Both the position numbers and the translations under genes were made by a program. From an uncultured Erysipelotrichaceae bacterium (lineage in GTDB: Bacteria; Bacillota_I; Bacilli_A; Erysipelotrichales; Erysipelotrichaceae): a stretch of DNA of 32,000 nt. This document shows, in pieces, positions 24,432 to 32,000 of the stretch. How positions within the stretch are numbered: the stretch's first letter is position 1; the number at the start of each line of letters is the position of its first letter. The DNA lies in NCBI GenBank assembly GCA_942492995.1, contig OW818653.1, positions 990,001 through 1,022,000 on the forward strand. Reading direction: 5' to 3'. The notes under the pieces are model-generated. The model worked only from the letters and a program-made list of their open reading frames with translations, was not told the DNA's origin and ran no database searches.

Positions 24432-24853
24432 TCTTCTATTCCCTCTAATATTCCATTGGCTTTATTTAAGAATTCTATGAAGTTGCTAAATTCATTAATA
24501 CCCATTTTTTCAATCATAATTTCAATTGATTTATAGTAATCATCAATGGTCAAATCTACTAGATTTCTACCTTTCTGGGTAATTGAAAGAGTATAACTAC
24601 GTTTATCAATCATTGATAGTGTTTTCTGTAAATAATTAAGTCTAAGTAATGGTTTAAGCATAGCTGTTACGGATGGTTTAGATATTTTAAAGAATTGACT
24701 GATCATTAATGGTGTAACCTCTACATCTTGTTTAGATGTAAAAATTAGTACACCCATCTCACTCGATCTAATGGGTATATCCCGTTTGACCTTCATGTTC
24801 AGCCTACAAAACATACCAATCACATCTGCACTTCGCATTAAATCACTTGTCAT
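24428..24853 (-). CDS. MarR-family transcriptional regulator
   Basis: 141 aa with a winged-HTH core (ISQFFKISKPSVTAMLKPLLRLNYLQK...DKRSYTLSITQKG). SD TAGGAGA precedes the start. Confidence 0.85.
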   Translation of the reverse strand: MTSDLMRSADVIGMFCRLNMKVKRDIPIRSSEMGVLIFTSKQDVEVTPLMISQFFKISKPSVTAMLKPLLRLNYLQKTLSMIDKRSYTLSITQKGRNLVDLTIDDYYKSIEIMIEKMGINEFSNFIEFLNKANGILEGIEE

Positions 24854-24864
24854 ATTAATCTCCT

Positions 24865-24891
24865 AATATAGTTAGATAGACTAACTATATT
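24865..24891. promoter_or_regulatory. Putative MarR operator (11-bp inverted repeat)
   Basis: AATATAGTTAG ataga CTAACTATATT starts 12 nt upstream of the marR ATG and abuts the SD. Confidence 0.5.
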
Positions 24892-24911
24892 ATTATGAAT
24901 ATCATATGTCA

Positions 24912-24937
24912 AATAAAAAATCTCTTTTCAGAGATTT
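24912..24937 (-). terminator. Terminator after the DUF4256 gene
   Basis: The minus strand reads AAATCTCT gaaa AGAGATTT followed by a T-run. Confidence 0.65.
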
Positions 24938-24948
24938 AATGTATGAAC

Positions 24949-25515
24949 TTAAACTTTTAATATGCCACGGAATCCTCTAGCACTATAATAAGAATCTGCA
25001 CCATTATGATATGTAAAAATCGTATCATAACGTCTGTCACAGAAGATAGCACCCCCAAGATTTCTAATATTATCCGGAGTCTTTACCCAGCTTGATGTTT
25101 TAAGATCAAACAAACCATTAGTTTGAAGTTCATTGTATTGTTCGACTGTTAATACATCTATACCCATTTCAAGAGCCATATTCACTGCACTATTCGCAGG
25201 TTTATTTTCTTTACGAGCTTGTAGAGCTTCATCATCATAACAAATACTTCTTCTGCCTTTAGGGGATTCTGCCGAACAATCCATAAAGATGAACTCCCCT
25301 GTTTTTGGATCTACTCCAGTCACATCAGGTTCGCCTTCAGTCTCTTCCATTTCATTAAGCGACCAAAGTTTTTCTGTATTTAATCTCAATCTTTCTTGTA
25401 CATCATTCCACTTAACATCTGGATGACGATGTTTATTCTTTTCGAAACGAGTTTCTAAGACGTTTAGTAATTCTGTTTGTTTTTCGAGAGATAAACTTCT
25501 ATTTTTGTTTGCCAT
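24949..25515 (-). CDS. DUF4256 domain protein
   Basis: 188 aa. The opening (...LLNVLETRFEKNKHRHPDVKW..V...L) and the C-terminal ...YHNGADSYYSARGFRG are typical of the family. Confidence 0.7.
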   Translation of the reverse strand: MANKNRSLSLEKQTELLNVLETRFEKNKHRHPDVKWNDVQERLRLNTEKLWSLNEMEETEGEPDVTGVDPKTGEFIFMDCSAESPKGRRSICYDDEALQARKENKPANSAVNMALEMGIDVLTVEQYNELQTNGLFDLKTSSWVKTPDNIRNLGGAIFCDRRYDTIFTYHNGADSYYSARGFRGILKV

Positions 25516-25596
25516 ATATTATCCTTTTCCTTGTATATATATTCATTTTGTACATTTACGATACTGCTTAAACACTGTTACTACAAGCAACATACA

Positions 25597-26064
25597 TCAT
25601 TTATCTAAATCCATTAATCTTGATAACTTTGATAAAGCCATTTCCCATCCAATCATATTATCTTCAAGTGTTACACCGATTGGAAGATTATCATGTAATA
25701 TGGTTAAATCCGTCCCGCCATTTAATTCGATAAGTATATAAGTAATTGTCATAAGACCTTGCATATCAGTATTATCAGATTCGAATTCATCAATCTCAAT
25801 AATCTCTTCATATGGTTTTAGTTTTCTAAAATAACCATGATATGTATCAATATTTCTAATTGTTTTACCGACTTCATTTGTATTATTATATTCAAGTGAG
25901 ATTCTGAATGCTCCATTTTCAACAGGATTATATTCATGCACAATGCAGTTCATATCATCTGGAACCTTCCATTTAGCGATTAGGTTCTTATCCAAAAGTG
26001 TTTGATATACTTTCGACTTAGAAGCATTTAAATGAACATGATGAACGGTATATCGCTCTGACAT
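25597..26064 (-). CDS. SRPBCC-superfamily protein (AHSA1/START-like)
   Basis: 155 aa. It has ...LIAKW...G.FR.... and a C-terminal amphipathic helix. The call rests on size and pattern only. Confidence 0.6.
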   Translation of the reverse strand: MSERYTVHHVHLNASKSKVYQTLLDKNLIAKWKVPDDMNCIVHEYNPVENGAFRISLEYNNTNEVGKTIRNIDTYHGYFRKLKPYEEIIEIDEFESDNTDMQGLMTITYILIELNGGTDLTILHDNLPIGVTLEDNMIGWEMALSKLSRLMDLDK

Positions 26065-26065
26065 A

Positions 26066-26635
26066 CTAATCGCCTAAATAAGAACATTTATACGTCACAT
26101 GTACTCTGCCTTCTGGTAATTCAAGTACTTTTGTTCGTTCAAATTTTATATTTAATTCATCACTTAAATCAAACGGTCTAAAACCATTTTTTAATAGGAT
26201 TGGGATTGTGTCTATTTGTACCTCATCAACTAGATGCGTTTTCAGTGACGGTAGAGTAGTTTCAGCGCTTCCAATTATGTTTACATCTCTATCTCGTGCG
26301 GCTAATTTAGCCTTTTTAATCGCATCATGATAACCATTCGTCACAAAGGTAAACGTCAAATTCTCATTTTCTTTCGGATGTTTCTCTGGAACGATATCTG
26401 TAACCACAAAAATCGGAACTTGATACTCATAGTATTCCGCATATAAATCGACATCATCTGCCATCTCATATTCTTTACGCGACATAACAACTGATCCCGT
26501 TGTTAAGATTGATTCTTTCATATAATCAGTCTGAACTAAAGATTCATGATCTGGATAAAGTGCATTAACACTACCAGTTATATCTTCTGCATATCCATCA
26601 AGTGAAACAGTGAACCCTAAAATAACATTTCCCAT
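26066..26635 (-). CDS. Dihydrofolate reductase-like (RibD C-terminal domain) family protein
   Basis: FTVSLDGYAED opening, ...GSVVMSRKEYE..., ...NIIGSAET.... 189 aa. Confidence 0.7.
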   Translation of the reverse strand: MGNVILGFTVSLDGYAEDITGSVNALYPDHESLVQTDYMKESILTTGSVVMSRKEYEMADDVDLYAEYYEYQVPIFVVTDIVPEKHPKENENLTFTFVTNGYHDAIKKAKLAARDRDVNIIGSAETTLPSLKTHLVDEVQIDTIPILLKNGFRPFDLSDELNIKFERTKVLELPEGRVHVTYKCSYLGD

Positions 26636-26735
26636 CGTAGTACCTCGTACTTTAACATAGACATTTTATCTATGTATGTTAATCAAATTATAGCGCTATG
26701 GTTGGGAATACTTACGGTTAATGCACTATATTAGT

Positions 26736-27077
26736 TTAAAACCGCCACATCCATTCACCATTAATTCCACCATTTGGTCCAAACTTGTTCTGCTTCATTG
26801 AAAAAATCGCATAACCTTCTTTATTAAGATTATCTAATTTATACTTAAACCGATAAAATTTGTAACTTAATTCTCTATCTGTATAATCATCACACATAGG
26901 ACAATCAGATCGATCAATCTCATCGATTGTGATAATTTCGCCTCCAATCGAGTTAATCTTTTCTTTTATTACTTCTAATCTTTCTTTATTCACTCGTTTT
27001 GAGGTTGTAGAAATCATCCAAACAGAAAGTATTACACCAATTATAAATAACCCAAATAATACAAATTGAATTTCCAT
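26736..27077 (-). CDS. Membrane-anchored small protein, unknown function
   Basis: ATG 27077 lies 7 nt after GGAGGG. One N-terminal TM is followed by a soluble domain with CPMC. I recognise no family. Confidence 0.55.
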   Translation of the reverse strand: MEIQFVLFGLFIIGVILSVWMISTTSKRVNKERLEVIKEKINSIGGEIITIDEIDRSDCPMCDDYTDRELSYKFYRFKYKLDNLNKEGYAIFSMKQNKFGPNGGINGEWMWRF

Positions 27078-27188
27078 TTTAGTTCCCTCCATTTGTACTT
27101 ATATCTTCATTAAACTCCTTTAATAAAGTATTACAAGTATCACATAAAAAAATATATAACTTTCTCTGTCATATATTTCATTTACACA

Positions 27189-27851
27189 TTACTTTTTAAA
27201 ATACTTCCAATTTCCTTCAGAAATAACTTCGATTACTCCATCAACAACTTTTATTCCTGTCTGATCATCAATCGCATAACAATCACAATCCATATTTTCT
27301 GCCCATAGTACTGCATTTGCCATTTTATTATCTGGCAACATCTCATGATCTAAATGTGGGAACAATGCGAAATTCACTATATTAAGCGTTTCATCATTAC
27401 CACTTGGTTGTTTCCATCCTATAAAATCATCGCCAATATGTGGAGCCATGATCATACTCCCCGCACTTAATCCGACATACACCACATCAAGTGTTGGTAA
27501 TAAATCTGCTAATCCAGATTGTTTCATCCAATAATTTAAGTACAATGGATCGCCACCATTCACTAGAATTACATCGATATCTTTTACGATTGGGACCCAA
27601 AGTTCTTGATCAATGCTCGGTAATGCGGTTAACTCAAGTACTCCCATAGACTTCCATCCTAATTCACACATAGGCGTCGTAGCTTGACCACTCAAGAAAT
27701 CCCAAGCATGTCCTGGTCCATTTGGAATCGCATAGATCGCGGTTGGGATACATAATGCGGTTGATTCACTAATTGGTTTACCCAACATTTCAATTAATGT
27801 TTTACTTAAACTGTCATTTTTAATTCCTGCAGATGTTAGTAATAGTTTCAT
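27189..27851 (-). CDS. Peptidase S51 (dipeptidase E)-like / class-I glutamine amidotransferase-like protein
   Basis: MKLLLTSAGI opening and the nucleophile elbow GLSAGSMIM. SD AAAGGTGA precedes the start. Confidence 0.75.
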   Translation of the reverse strand: MKLLLTSAGIKNDSLSKTLIEMLGKPISESTALCIPTAIYAIPNGPGHAWDFLSGQATTPMCELGWKSMGVLELTALPSIDQELWVPIVKDIDVILVNGGDPLYLNYWMKQSGLADLLPTLDVVYVGLSAGSMIMAPHIGDDFIGWKQPSGNDETLNIVNFALFPHLDHEMLPDNKMANAVLWAENMDCDCYAIDDQTGIKVVDGVIEVISEGNWKYFKK

Positions 27852-27905
27852 GTAATTTCACCTTTATTTAATAGATAGATTTTTATTTTTATAAATATTA
27901 TTTAT

Positions 27906-28331
27906 TTAATGATTACATATTATTTTTAGTTCTATCAAATATTCATATGCATTCTTTATAACATCTTTATCTAAATCAAATGTAACTAATTTAATAGCAT
28001 CTTCAAATACACACCATTTCATCGCTATAATTTCGTTTTCTTGTAGATGAATTGTAGGATTTTTCACCTCTCCAATAAAATAGACTACATCCTTCATACA
28101 ATTAACACCTGGAGAATATGTTATAACCTGTCGAAAATTACTTTCAATCGTTATATCTAAACCCGTTTCTTCTTTTACTTCTCTTTGAGCTGTTTCTATC
28201 TCAGTCTCATTATCTTCTACATGTCCCTTGGGAAACGACCAATGGTTTTCGCTGTGTTGTAAAACCAAAAAATATAATTCGTTTTTTAATCTTTGATAGA
28301 CTATTGCGCCACACGATTTTTCAAACTTCAT
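27906..28331 (-). CDS. NUDIX hydrolase (Ap4A-hydrolase-like)
   Basis: WSFPKGHVEDNETEIETAQREVKEETGL Nudix box. SD AGGAGA precedes the start. Confidence 0.85.
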   Translation of the reverse strand: MKFEKSCGAIVYQRLKNELYFLVLQHSENHWSFPKGHVEDNETEIETAQREVKEETGLDITIESNFRQVITYSPGVNCMKDVVYFIGEVKNPTIHLQENEIIAMKWCVFEDAIKLVTFDLDKDVIKNAYEYLIELKIICNH

Positions 28332-28358
28332 TATCTCTCCTATTTACTTTGATATTAC

Positions 28359-29246
28359 TTAAATACCTAATCTCGCCTTTTCTAGCTCTAACAAATCAAA
28401 CTTCTTCATACTCATAAACGCTTCTGTTACTCTTTGAACTTCTTCATCCGATCCGCCGAATAAGATTTCTTCCCATGTTGATGGTAAAATCTGCCAAGAA
28501 ACTCCAAATTGATCCTTACACCATCCACATTGTTCTGAATCTGGTACTGCAGATAGTTTTTCCCAGAAGTAATCAATTTCTTCCTGATCTTTACAGATTA
28601 CGATTAGTGAAAATGCTTCACTAAAATTGTAATCTACATCATACCCATTATCCATGGCAGATAAAGAAATACCGTCAAGCTTAAAGGCTGCGTAATTAAT
28701 CTTCGCTTGTGTTGATTGTGCTTCACCCTTAGCGTAATTGTTTATCAAACCAATTTCAGAGTTTTTGAATATTTCTACATAATATCTAACCGCTTCTTCA
28801 GTTTTACCACATGATTGATCTGAGAATAACAGGTTCGATGTAATCTTTTGTACATCCTGATTATCTTCAACAAGCATTAGTTGCCAAGACAATCCATAGC
28901 GATCCTGAACCCAGGCATACTTCTTACTGAATGGATATTCACTAAGAGGCATCAATTCTATTCCTCCATCAATCAATGATTTCCATAATCTTTCAACTTC
29001 TTCAGAAGATGAACACGAAACCATTAGTGAAATAGATGGATTAAACTTAAAGTATGGACCAGAACTTGTTGAAATGAACGGTTGACCTGCCAGTTCAAAA
29101 CTCACAATTTCAGAATCATTATAAGGTGGAGGATTTTTTATAACTTTAGAGCTTACAATTCTCGAATTCTCAAATAAACTTGCATAGAATAAAGCAGCTT
29201 CTTTTGCGTCTTTGTCATACCACAAATGTGGAACAATCCTTTTCAT
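28359..29246 (-). CDS. Tandem-domain VOC-fold protein (two PhnB/YjdN-like domains)
   Basis: ATG 29246 lies 7 nt after AGAGGAG; the track start at 29309 has no SD. Domain 1 reads HLWYDKDAKEAALFYASLFENS...WVQDRYGLSWQL. Domain 2 reads VRYYVEIFKNS...GWCKDQFGVSWQI. Confidence 0.8.
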   Translation of the reverse strand: MKRIVPHLWYDKDAKEAALFYASLFENSRIVSSKVIKNPPPYNDSEIVSFELAGQPFISTSSGPYFKFNPSISLMVSCSSSEEVERLWKSLIDGGIELMPLSEYPFSKKYAWVQDRYGLSWQLMLVEDNQDVQKITSNLLFSDQSCGKTEEAVRYYVEIFKNSEIGLINNYAKGEAQSTQAKINYAAFKLDGISLSAMDNGYDVDYNFSEAFSLIVICKDQEEIDYFWEKLSAVPDSEQCGWCKDQFGVSWQILPSTWEEILFGGSDEEVQRVTEAFMSMKKFDLLELEKARLGI

Positions 29247-29352
29247 AATGAACTCCTCTTTCTTGAACTCAATTTTTATATAAGTTTTCATTAGATAAAA
29301 ATGATTCATCGTTTAGATAAATTGTTAATATTCTGATTACTTGAATAATTTA

Positions 29353-29381
29353 ATTATACGTCACTCGTATTGTTAAACAAT
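29353..29381 (-). promoter_or_regulatory. Candidate promoter with overlapping palindrome for the tandem VOC gene
   Basis: The minus strand reads TTGTTT, 16 nt, TATAAT (the -10 is the rc of 29353-29358). The -35 lies inside the palindrome ATTGTT-a-AACAAT (29369-29381). Confidence 0.4.
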
Positions 29382-29468
29382 GAATTTGACCAATCGTTAA
29401 TAAACAAAACTATAGAAATTAATTGATTGGGTGAATTAATATACTCAAAGAATTATGATTAAATGCAT

Positions 29469-29501
29469 AAAAAAGTCACTGGATATATAATCCAATGACT
29501 T
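29469..29501 (-). terminator. Terminator after rlmD (marks the end of the gatB-side core operon)
   Basis: The minus strand reads AAGTCATTGGAT tatata TCCAGTGACTT (one mismatch) followed by T6. Confidence 0.65.
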
Positions 29502-29506
29502 ATTAA

Positions 29507-30865
29507 TTATTCCGCAGTAACTTTCTTCTTCTCTAACAACACAACAGTTTCGACATGGAATGTTTGTGGGAACATATCGACAGGTTGAATCTTCTTAACT
29601 GTGTATTTATCTTGTAGTAATACACAATCACGAACGAGTGTTGAAGGATCACATGATACATAAACCAAACGACTAGGTTCTAACGCTAAGATAGAATCAA
29701 TTGTGGCTTGATCTAAACCTTTACGTGGAGGATCTACTACAATCACATCCATTTGAATGTTGTTATCCATAAACGTTTTAGCCGCAACTGCCGCATCTGC
29801 CGCAACGAAGTCAATATTCGTAATGTTGTTTAATTCCGCATTAATCTTCGCATCTTCAATGGATTGCGCATTGATTTCTACACCATATACTTGTTTAGCT
29901 TTCTTACTCGCAAACAACGCTATGGTTCCAATTCCGCAGTACAAATCAAGGACAGTTTCAGTATTCTTAATCTTCGCGAAATCAATTGCAGTGTCGTATA
30001 ACTTCTTAGCTTGTACTGGATTGACTTGATAGAATGAAGTCGCAGATATTTGGAATGTGAATTCGCCTAATGTATCTGTGATTGTCGAATCTTTGGTTAA
30101 TTGATGAGTCTTCTTACCTAATACGACATTATCATCCCCAGAATTAACATTTAACAAGATTGCTTTAATCAATGGGAATTCAGCTTTTAGAGCTTCAACC
30201 AATTCATCTTGTAACGGTAATTGTTTTGTACGATGAATAAGCACAACCATAATCTCTTGACTAACAATGCCCTTTTTAATTAGTACATGTCTTAAATCAG
30301 TCGGTTCAACTTCTTTCGTAATATAGAAATTACGAATGAACGCTAATATTTTATTACTTTCATCATTTTGAATATAACATGTTTCAAAAGGAAGAATATC
30401 ATGACTATGTGCACGATAGAAACCATAATTTAAGCCATGTTTCGTCTCAAAAGGTACTTGAGATTTATTGCGATAGAACCAAGGTTCTTCCATTTGTACA
30501 ATTGGACTGATCTTAGGTAGTTTATCAAATGAACGTTCAAACAAATGTTTAACATGATTTGATTTAAACTCTAATTGATGTTCATATGACATATGTTGAA
30601 TCTGACAACCGCCACATGCATACGCAATAGGACATGTTGGCACAACACGTTTATCACTCTTCTTTGTAAATTCTTTAACTCTTCCATACGCTTGACGTTT
30701 GTTCACTCTTAAAATTTGAACATTCGCTTCTTCATCAATTAACATATCCTTGACGAATACAACAAATCCTTCATGCTTACAAACCGCAAGTCCCTGTTCT
30801 GTGTAATCCAATGCCTTTAAACTTAGTATTTCGTTTTTTTCCATTTGCGTTAAAAAAGAGGACAA
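29507..30865 (-). CDS. rlmD: 23S rRNA (uracil-5)-methyltransferase, RumA/RlmD family (TRAM, Fe-S Cys cluster, SAM methyltransferase)
   Basis: It has a TRAM-like N-terminus, the Cys cluster CPIAYACGGCQIQH, the SAM motif LDLYCGIGT, DPPRKG, and the catalytic Cys in YVSCDP. The start is TTG 30865 or ATG 30844. Confidence 0.9.
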   Translation of the reverse strand: MSSFLTQMEKNEILSLKALDYTEQGLAVCKHEGFVVFVKDMLIDEEANVQILRVNKRQAYGRVKEFTKKSDKRVVPTCPIAYACGGCQIQHMSYEHQLEFKSNHVKHLFERSFDKLPKISPIVQMEEPWFYRNKSQVPFETKHGLNYGFYRAHSHDILPFETCYIQNDESNKILAFIRNFYITKEVEPTDLRHVLIKKGIVSQEIMVVLIHRTKQLPLQDELVEALKAEFPLIKAILLNVNSGDDNVVLGKKTHQLTKDSTITDTLGEFTFQISATSFYQVNPVQAKKLYDTAIDFAKIKNTETVLDLYCGIGTIALFASKKAKQVYGVEINAQSIEDAKINAELNNITNIDFVAADAAVAAKTFMDNNIQMDVIVVDPPRKGLDQATIDSILALEPSRLVYVSCDPSTLVRDCVLLQDKYTVKKIQPVDMFPQTFHVETVVLLEKKKVTAE

Positions 30866-30871
30866 AGCCTC

Positions 30872-31507
30872 TTAGTTTCCTTCACTTTCTGTATCTGTAT
30901 TTTGAGCATCACCTGATTCAGGTATTGCACTATTTTCTGTCTCTGCATTTAAACTATCTAATAATTCTTGCGCTAATACAGGATTAACTGGAGTCAATAA
31001 ATCTTGAACTGACCACGTATCCATATTCGCATTTTTAACGACTTGAATATATGTTGTTTTAGTCTCTCCAACCACATCCACAAAGTTAACTTCTAAGTCA
31101 TACATCTTCATAGTGTCTGTCGCTGTAAAGTACTGTGTAAATGGTATTACACTATTTACTTTATCCATCGAATTTTGAACTAATTCAAGCTTCGCTTCTT
31201 CTTCAAGACCCGTTGGAATAACTAATGTAAGACGTAAGGTCGCGGCTTTCAGATTGATTTCTTCAACTGTCACATTACCAAGAGTTGTAATCGCATCTTC
31301 TGTTAATCCGATTAACTCATCTGTAATTTCTGGTTGTAGATCGTTATTAAAGCGATTGCCAGTTATAACTGAACCCGTTTGTAAACTAGATTGTAGTAAA
31401 ATAATACCAATTACCAAACTAGGAATTAACACAAACGCAATCCCTAAGGCAAATACGATATTACTGAATGTGAATTTAAATTTAAAGTGCTTTTTTAGTT
31501 TCGTCAT
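30872..31507 (-). CDS. Signal-anchored extracytoplasmic protein with acidic C-terminal tail, unknown function
   Basis: SD ACGGAGA precedes the start. The N-terminal KKHFKFKF is followed by a TM (IVFALGIAFVLIPSLVIGIILL). The tail is ETENSAIPESGDAQNTDTESEGN. Confidence 0.65.
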   Translation of the reverse strand: MTKLKKHFKFKFTFSNIVFALGIAFVLIPSLVIGIILLQSSLQTGSVITGNRFNNDLQPEITDELIGLTEDAITTLGNVTVEEINLKAATLRLTLVIPTGLEEEAKLELVQNSMDKVNSVIPFTQYFTATDTMKMYDLEVNFVDVVGETKTTYIQVVKNANMDTWSVQDLLTPVNPVLAQELLDSLNAETENSAIPESGDAQNTDTESEGN

Positions 31508-31553
31508 AGAATCTCCGTGTTTCTATTATAACTCAAATCAATTTAGATTCAAA

Positions 31554-32000
31554 TTAAGGTTTTCTCTTCATTAATCCTTCCAATAATAACTGATTCGTAA
31601 TAACAGGATTTGCTTGTCCTTTAGACTTCTTCATGATTTGACCCATTAAGAAACCGACTGCACGATCTTTCCCATTATGATAATCAATTATTGATTGTTC
31701 ATTCTCATTTAATATATCCTCTACCATTTGTACAAGTACGGATTGATCAGATACTTGTTCGATATTTAGATTTTTTACAGTCGCATGATATTCTGATCCT
31801 TTTAACAATTCCACAAAGATATCTTTTGCTTGTTTAGATGATATTTCTTGTTTACCTAGTGCATTGATCATATGAGCCATTTCTGAAAGTTTTAAGCTAT
31901 ATGATTTATCAAGCAATTGTTTTGGTAAGAAATTAGCTAGAATATCCGATAAACACCAGTTTGCGGCTAACTTGACATAACTTGTTTCTAAGATTAATTG
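31554..32000 (-). CDS. gatB: Asp-tRNA(Asn)/Glu-tRNA(Gln) amidotransferase subunit B, C-terminal part (5' end beyond window)
   Basis: The frame is open from base 32000 (QLILETSYVKLAANWCLSDILANFLPKQ...) into the track ORF. It has a GatB/YqeY tail domain (AVGFLMGQIMKKSKGQANP). Confidence 0.92.
   Translation of the reverse strand, partial: QLILETSYVKLAANWCLSDILANFLPKQLLDKSYSLKLSEMAHMINALGKQEISSKQAKDIFVELLKGSEYHATVKNLNIEQVSDQSVLVQMVEDILNENEQSIIDYHNGKDRAVGFLMGQIMKKSKGQANPVITNQLLLEGLMKRKP

Noticed and set aside
25505-25741. 78-aa plus-strand ORF
   Set aside because: It is antisense to the DUF4256 start and the SRPBCC 3' end.
29757-30029. 90-aa plus-strand ORF
   Set aside because: It is antisense inside the SAM-binding region of rlmD.
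31254-31574. 106-aa plus-strand ORF
   Set aside because: It is antisense to the signal-anchored protein and to the gatB stop region.
1-32000. Search for CRISPR arrays, tRNA/rRNA genes, IS elements, integrases, prophage or restriction-modification genes
   Set aside because: I found no regularly spaced repeats, no GC-rich structured RNA-like islands, and no ORF with transposase, recombinase, phage or methylase/endonuclease motifs. This was visual inspection only, so short or degenerate elements could be missed.

Overview
AT-rich bacterial chromosomal segment (about 30% G+C by eye, not computed). It uses the standard genetic code, since TGA serves as a stop. Gene content looks like a low-GC Firmicutes or Mollicutes-related genome (Erysipelotrichia- or Acholeplasma-like), but that is only a guess. 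I can support 46 protein genes plus 3 candidate mini-ORFs. Of the 46 genes, 42 are on the minus strand, packed into operons closed by recognisable hairpin plus T-run terminators. I saw no rRNA, tRNA, CRISPR array, transposase, integrase or phage genes. The right edge (29.5-32 kb) is core: gatB C-terminus, a membrane-anchored protein and an RlmD/RumA-type rRNA methyltransferase. The rest is a long accessory-looking run with these parts: (1) a dense c-di-GMP signalling cluster at 0-10.8 kb, with a PAS sensor, a Cache/degenerate-GGDEF/EAL protein, two PAS-GGDEF cyclases and an EAL-HDOD protein; (2) a nucleotidyltransferase, SDR, barnase, barstar and HhH operon embedded in that cluster; (3) two tight operons of small stress or detoxification-type proteins (VOC/PhnB-like, YciI, NUDIX, GNAT, DUF1801, DUF1905), one carrying a translationally coupled Qnr-like pentapeptide protein and a Cys-cluster pentapeptide protein; (4) an isolated RsgA-type GTPase behind an unusual leader; (5) two overlapping GntR/HutC paralogues with no nearby catabolic genes; (6) an ABC-F ATPase behind a leader with two stacked uORFs and an intrinsic terminator; (7) a MarR plus NmrA-like pair and further small enzymes. 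The best candidates for something undescribed are the ABC-F leader architecture, the coupled pentapeptide pair inside a 7-gene operon, the barnase operon context and the tandem GntR pair. None can be confirmed without database searches. All product calls come from motif recognition in the supplied translations.
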